Origin: an uncultured Pseudomonadales bacterium
Lineage (GTDB): Bacteria; Patescibacteriota; Microgenomatia; UBA1400; PJMF01
Direction of reading: 5' to 3'
Assembly (NCBI GenBank): GCA_964554155.1
Contig: CAZKNL010000002.1
Location: forward strand, 11,629-57,018
DNA length: 45,390 nt
Shown: one piece after another, positions 40,790 through 45,390 of the stretch
Numbering within the stretch: the first letter of the stretch is position 1
How the letters are laid out: every line of letters starts with the position of its first letter
Notes under the pieces: generated by a model
What the model was told of the DNA's origin: nothing
The model's input: only the letters and a program-made list of their open reading frames with translations
Database searches by the model: none
Made by a program: the position numbers and the translations under genes

Positions 40790-42574
40790 ATGTCACAACG
40801 TACTCATGGTCTTCTGGTTTTAGTTGTTCTTTTAGCTACCTCTGTGTTTTTAAGAGTGATTTTTTTACGAACTACTCCTGCTATTTTTAGCCATGATGAA
40901 GTCCACTATATTGATGAAGCTCAATCAATTGCTCTCAGTGGTAGCGATCTGACTGGGAGTTGGCGACCATGGTATCTTCGTCCCACGAGCGTGCTCTATG
41001 CAGAGCTTCCCAGTACGATTATGTCTCCAGGGAGTTTGCTTTTTAGTGATCCATTCTGGAAAGCACGAGCAGTTTCAGTTTTTCTTGGTGTGTTACTTCC
41101 AGTGGTGATTGCCGGAATCGCTTGGAGTTTAACGAGAAAGAAAGAGGTTTTTTGGACCACTTTGATTGTCAGTCTTTTTAATCCGTGGATTTTTCAATTT
41201 TCACGATTGAGCTTTGATCCATTGTTTAGTTTGTTTTTTTATTCATTGGGCATATTCTGTCTGATCGCTTTGCGTCCACGTTGGCGAATGATCAGTCTGT
41301 TGCCATTTTTTCTGGGTTTTTTCCAGTATCAAGGACTCAAAATTATTTTCTTACCGTTGGTAGTGATAACAACTGGCTACGTCATTTGGCGTGATTGTTC
41401 AGGAACTTCACTTACTCTTAAGAGTGTAGTTAAAACAATTCGCTCCCAACTGTGGGATGTCTTGCTTGTAGCCATTTTTGGACTTGCTTTATTTGGTTTT
41501 TATATTGTGCGCTTACCATCACAGAATGCGGGTCAACGACTTCACGACATCCTCTTTTTCAATGAAACGTATCTTTCTCAACATGTAAATGATCAACGAC
41601 GGATTGCCTTAGCTGATCCAGTAGTTCAAGTTTCGACGAATAAAGTGACCGTGATCATTCAAGAATTTCTGATCAAATACTTTCAAACGTTTGATTTGAG
41701 TCAACTCTTTGTTCGAGGAGAATCTGTTCGCAATCCTTTCTCAGTGTGGACAAGAGGGATCTTTTTCCCGATTGATGTATTGTTAATTGGAGCGGCTATC
41801 TTTGCTTTGGCTACGCAAAAAAAATGGCGGAAAGAAGGGTTGTTGTTAATTGGATTTGTCCTAATTTCTCCTTTACCCGTTGCTCTCAACAGTATTGACA
41901 CTTGGGTGATGTTCCGGGGATCGTGGCTCGTTGTTAGCCTTTTGTTGATGATTGGCATTGGTGCTTGGCAACTCATTCAAGCATGGCCTAAGATTTTGCT
42001 TGTTGGGGTGGGTGTTGTGTACCTTATTACAGTCGTCAGTTTTACTCATGAATACTTTATTCACTATCCAATCTACAGCACCAAGGGCAGTGGTTTTGCT
42101 GAACGAGTTCTATCCAACTATATTCAGCGTCTACCAAAAGATAAAAAAGTAGTTGTCTTAGTTGATGAATCACGTTTTGTCTTTGAGAGTTATCTGGCGT
42201 ACAACAACTTAGTCACCCAAGAAAACTTACCAGCCATTCACAAAGCGATGACAGAAAGTGTCTATAAGCTGGGGAATGTGGAGTTTACTACAGATTGCCT
42301 CGACCAGAAACTGGTGGCAGATGGCACGATTGTCATTAATAGCAGCGTCAATGTGACCTGTGATCAGAAACCTTTTCAACTCTCCAACACGCATTACGCC
42401 AAAATTGCTTCGTTGATCGATAATGGCGCCCAGTTCACCATCTACATTGATTCAATTTGTGTGAAATATGCCCTCAGACCCTATACTCATGTAACTAACC
42501 GTAAATTTCTCGATGCAGAAAAACTGTCAGAGCACGATTTTTGTGATGGTTTACTCAGCAAGCCTATTGAGTAA
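40790..42574 (+). CDS. GT-C-fold membrane glycosyltransferase, divergent ArnT/PMT-like
   Basis: 594 aa with about 12 TM helices. The first loop has FSHDEVHYIDEAQSIAL, which carries two DE motifs. There is a soluble C-terminal domain of about 170 aa with Cys residues. Confidence 0.62.
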   Translation: MSQRTHGLLVLVVLLATSVFLRVIFLRTTPAIFSHDEVHYIDEAQSIALSGSDLTGSWRPWYLRPTSVLYAELPSTIMSPGSLLFSDPFWKARAVSVFLGVLLPVVIAGIAWSLTRKKEVFWTTLIVSLFNPWIFQFSRLSFDPLFSLFFYSLGIFCLIALRPRWRMISLLPFFLGFFQYQGLKIIFLPLVVITTGYVIWRDCSGTSLTLKSVVKTIRSQLWDVLLVAIFGLALFGFYIVRLPSQNAGQRLHDILFFNETYLSQHVNDQRRIALADPVVQVSTNKVTVIIQEFLIKYFQTFDLSQLFVRGESVRNPFSVWTRGIFFPIDVLLIGAAIFALATQKKWRKEGLLLIGFVLISPLPVALNSIDTWVMFRGSWLVVSLLLMIGIGAWQLIQAWPKILLVGVGVVYLITVVSFTHEYFIHYPIYSTKGSGFAERVLSNYIQRLPKDKKVVVLVDESRFVFESYLAYNNLVTQENLPAIHKAMTESVYKLGNVEFTTDCLDQKLVADGTIVINSSVNVTCDQKPFQLSNTHYAKIASLIDNGAQFTIYIDSICVKYALRPYTHVTNRKFLDAEKLSEHDFCDGLLSKPIE

Positions 42575-42609
42575 ACAAAATCTCCCATCAAAACTTCTGA
42601 TGAAAAGTT

Positions 42610-44100
42610 CTAGACTTCTGGTGGCATCACACTTGGTTGTTTCACTCTCAAGCTGTGAATCTCAGCAAATAACTTCTGCTGCCCAACTCCAATTAAAACT
42701 ACTCCATAAGTAACTGCCATCGCTGCTGCTCCAACACCAGCGTACAGCAGATGTGTATTCATTAATGGTAAAAATCCAACTCCCACTGCAGCCATGGCGC
42801 CGCTTGCCACAAGTTGACGCCATACCTGGTCCCACACTTGAATGTTGACAATCTTTTTAACATAAAAAATCGGTAAAACAGAGCTGAAAGAAATCACAAA
42901 AGCGGCAATTGCGACACCATTAAACCCAAACAAAAAGACACCAATTGGGGTCAATACCCAGGTCAAAGCTGTCCACATAATCATTAACTTGAGGGTTTGA
43001 TTAATTTTGCCAATAGCACTGAGTGTATTTGTAAGTGGGGTCGAGATTGCACTCCAGCCAATACTGAGGGTAAATAGAGCAAAGGTCAGTAAAGCTGGCT
43101 GCCATTTGTGATACTTTAGAATTAAGTGTGTAATCGGCACAATCAAGACAGACATTCCGACTAACATCGGAAAAATCAGTAAGGAAATAAAGAAGAGAGT
43201 CTTCTCAATCGCCTTTTTTAGTAAATTTTTGTCATGTTGCAGCCGTGAGTAGGTTGGAAAAGTAATGGCAATCACATTTTGAACAGTTAACTGGTAGGGC
43301 ATCATTGACCACTGTTTAGCAAAGCTAATATAGCCAAACTCACCTAGTGGTAAGAAAATTGCTAAAACTAGGTAAAATAATTGATCTTTAATTCTGGCCA
43401 GAAAATCATTAAGTTGGAACTTGAAACCAGTTCCGACCATCTCTTTGAGTGCTGTTCGATCTAAAGAAAAACCCAGTTGCCAACGTTGCAATCCATACAT
43501 GACCATCACACCAATAATTGAGCGACTCAGAATAGCAATAGTGTAGGAATGGACTCCATATCCTTTGATCGCAAAGAAAACTAACAACCCACTGTATACA
43601 AGTTGTTCAACGATTTGCGGTAGCACTAACTTGGAGAAGTCGAGTCGGCGTTCCAACATCACCGAAGGAATGGTCTTCAAACTGGCTAAGGGAAACGAAA
43701 AACCGAGTGATAAAAGTACCAGTGCCCCAGCGTATCCAATTTTCGGCTCTAAAATCTTGCTGGTAAAAAGAACTACTGTTATTAGAAAAATACACCACGA
43801 TAAAATTTGCTGGACAGTGAAAACAGTTCGATACTCAATCTCAGAAGGATTTTCTTTTTTTTGAATTAAGGCTGATGCTAAACCAATGTCAGAAAAGAAC
43901 GTTAATAAACCAATAATTTGGGTGACAAATCCATAGATTCCAAACTCTTGAATTGTTAAGTACGCTCCTAAAATAGCTGAAGCAGCCAAGCCAATTCCGT
44001 ACAGTACCATTGTTCGCGCCATGTACGAAAAAGCTCCAGAGACTGTTTTCTTCTTCAGCTCATGAACTGCGTTTGGCTGTTCTGTTTGAGAGGCTGTCAT
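42610..44100 (-). CDS. Wzx/PST-family polysaccharide flippase (MOP superfamily)
   Basis: 496 aa with about 14 TM helices. The N-terminal pattern KKKTVSGAFSYMARTMVLYGIGLAASAILGAYLTIQEFGIYGF ... FSDIGLASALIQ is typical of PST transporters. Confidence 0.78.
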   Translation of the reverse strand: MTASQTEQPNAVHELKKKTVSGAFSYMARTMVLYGIGLAASAILGAYLTIQEFGIYGFVTQIIGLLTFFSDIGLASALIQKKENPSEIEYRTVFTVQQILSWCIFLITVVLFTSKILEPKIGYAGALVLLSLGFSFPLASLKTIPSVMLERRLDFSKLVLPQIVEQLVYSGLLVFFAIKGYGVHSYTIAILSRSIIGVMVMYGLQRWQLGFSLDRTALKEMVGTGFKFQLNDFLARIKDQLFYLVLAIFLPLGEFGYISFAKQWSMMPYQLTVQNVIAITFPTYSRLQHDKNLLKKAIEKTLFFISLLIFPMLVGMSVLIVPITHLILKYHKWQPALLTFALFTLSIGWSAISTPLTNTLSAIGKINQTLKLMIMWTALTWVLTPIGVFLFGFNGVAIAAFVISFSSVLPIFYVKKIVNIQVWDQVWRQLVASGAMAAVGVGFLPLMNTHLLYAGVGAAAMAVTYGVVLIGVGQQKLFAEIHSLRVKQPSVMPPEV

Positions 44101-45390
44101 AGGTTGCTATTCCAAATACCATCAAAACACTCAAGAGAGAAATGGTATCACTGATTGCGCGGACTGGGGTACTGCCAAACCGAACGCTAATTAAGCGCTC
44201 ACCTACCGGAGCTTTAAAAGCGATCGTTCCTAACTCCCCGTCACTTTTCCACTCAATCGGTTTGCCATCGACAGCCACTTCCCAACCAGGAAAGCTGGCA
44301 ATCATCACATTAAACGTAATCGGACTAGTAAATGTAGTTTTGAACAGTTTCTCGTGCATCCGATCAACCAGTACTTCCACTTGTTTTTCTACACCTGCTG
44401 GGACTAAAAAAAGTTCCTTGCGTGGTGGCAGTTGGTCAGACATCGTTTTAGGAATGTAATCAGGTAAAATTTGACTCATTTGTTGACGAATTTTATCTTC
44501 GTCTGAGTAGTACAAACCAGTTGGATCTTCGAGGTATTTTTCCGGTCGGAAGTACTTCCAGTTGCCAGCTAAGATGACGCCGATCAATACCACAGCAAGA
44601 GCAATTCGGTATCTTTTAACTGTCACCAACGTCACTGCCATTCCCCCTAAAAGTGCCACCAATAGACTCATCACTGATAACCACCTCCACGGAAACTGAA
44701 TTGTTGCTAAAAGTGGAATGGCATCCCAGATTGGTTTTGATCGGAGCAATGTCATAAAAGCACTTCCTACCAAAAGTGCTGTCACAACTGCTGAGAAAAA
44801 TAAACGAGAAATTTTACGATCTCGCCCAGATTTTTGGCTTCTCCATTTCCAGACCTGCCACGCCGTGATCAGCCATCCCAACCCAAATATCACTAATCCA
44901 ATGATTTGCCCATACCCCAAGAAAAAAGAAATTGTGTCATCTGGCCCCCATGCAGAACCGCCATATCCCCAATTGGCAAGAAAAAATTGACGGATGTAGA
45001 GAAAGTGATTTGCGTAGTGGAAGTAGACGGAAAAAATCGCCTCGATTTTGGTGAAGTCTTTTTCGGCTAGGGCGGGAAATAGATAAAAGGCAGATAGACC
45101 AATTGCCACTATATACGCCATCGCGGTTTTGCAGAGAGACAGAATGGGTTGAGAAATTTCTTTGCGGTAGATCAAAAAGTAAGCCACCCCAAACAGTACA
45201 CTAACTGGCACAAACATCATGGTTGTTAAGTTATGACTTAACATTAAAGTCACTAAACCGCCCAATAACACCCAAAAACCAACTTTTTTGCGCTGGGTCA
45301 ATAACACAATTCCCAGGAGCACCCATGGTAAAGCCATCATTGCCCAGGCCTCACTGAGTGCGCCGCGAACAAATAAATTGAGTGCACGAT
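44060..45390 (-). CDS. Polytopic membrane protein, PTPS-related/COG5617-like, 5'-truncated by window edge
   Basis: It shares IQFPWRW and the C-terminal FPGWEVAVDGKPIEW with 24318..26024. The reading frame stays open upstream of the annotated ATG (45340) through to the window end, so the true N-terminus lies outside the window. Confidence 0.5.
   Translation of the reverse strand, partial: RALNLFVRGALSEAWAMMALPWVLLGIVLLTQRKKVGFWVLLGGLVTLMLSHNLTTMMFVPVSVLFGVAYFLIYRKEISQPILSLCKTAMAYIVAIGLSAFYLFPALAEKDFTKIEAIFSVYFHYANHFLYIRQFFLANWGYGGSAWGPDDTISFFLGYGQIIGLVIFGLGWLITAWQVWKWRSQKSGRDRKISRLFFSAVVTALLVGSAFMTLLRSKPIWDAIPLLATIQFPWRWLSVMSLLVALLGGMAVTLVTVKRYRIALAVVLIGVILAGNWKYFRPEKYLEDPTGLYYSDEDKIRQQMSQILPDYIPKTMSDQLPPRKELFLVPAGVEKQVEVLVDRMHEKLFKTTFTSPITFNVMIASFPGWEVAVDGKPIEWKSDGELGTIAFKAPVGERLISVRFGSTPVRAISDTISLLSVLMVFGIATYDSLSNRTAKRSS

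Noticed and set aside
42575-42609. Possible bidirectional terminator hairpin (AACTT...AAGTT) in the 35-nt convergent gap.
   Set aside because: The stem is only about 5 bp and AT-rich, the loop is 8 nt, and there is no flanking U-tract. This is not convincing without an energy calculation.
1-45390. Possible alternative genetic code, with UGA read as Gly or Trp as in some uncultivated lineages.
   Set aside because: Long ORFs are intact under the standard code. TGA also terminates genes exactly at six ATGA junctions where the next gene begins.
1-45390. A search for CRISPR arrays, tRNA or rRNA genes, IS elements, integrases, toxin-antitoxin pairs and defence genes.
   Set aside because: No non-coding stretch exceeds 55 bp. 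I saw no repeat-spacer periodicity, and no ORF carries transposase, integrase, nuclease or defence motifs.

Overview
A very gene-dense bacterial window, roughly 40% GC by eye. The largest non-coding gap is 55 bp. It reads cleanly under the standard code, with TGA used as a stop at six ATGA gene junctions. I found no rRNA, tRNA, CRISPR, transposase, integrase or phage genes. The left edge carries an EamA permease, a hexapeptide acetyltransferase and a ruvC-ruvA-ruvB cluster. Nearly everything else (about 3.7-45.4 kb) is one very large cell-envelope glycosylation island. I call 38 CDS. About 11 are multi-pass GT-C-fold membrane glycosyltransferases from at least five sequence families: six ArnT/PMT-like (four in a near-tandem run, one fused to a GT2 domain), one PIG-V-like, one GT87/DUF2029-like, two PTPS-related/COG5617-like paralogs and one unclassified. 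There are 8 GT2 (GT-A) domains and 5 GT4 (GT-B) units, one of which is split across two ORFs. The island also encodes an ArnC/GtrB-like polyprenyl-phosphate glycosyltransferase in an Arn-like cassette (SDR, GNAT, DegT aminotransferase), a UDP-glucuronate decarboxylase, a GalE-like epimerase, two Wzx-type flippases and a Wzm/Wzt ABC exporter. Next to the exporter sits a methyltransferase plus a kinase-like/coiled-coil/GT2/GT-B giant protein that resembles a WbdD-type chain terminator fused to its polymerase. Genes form long minus-strand operons, each headed by a divergent plus-strand gene across a gap of 55 bp or less. Those gaps carry -10-like boxes (often TGnTAnnnT) 6-11 nt from the ATG and no Shine-Dalgarno, which suggests leaderless or near-leaderless transcripts. 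One gap is a perfect 28-nt palindrome. All convergent junctions lack terminator space, and two overlap by 70 and 101 nt. No initiating phosphoglycosyl transferase, Wzy polymerase or obvious acceptor protein is visible in the window. Every family assignment comes from motifs read by eye in the supplied translations and has not been checked by any search.
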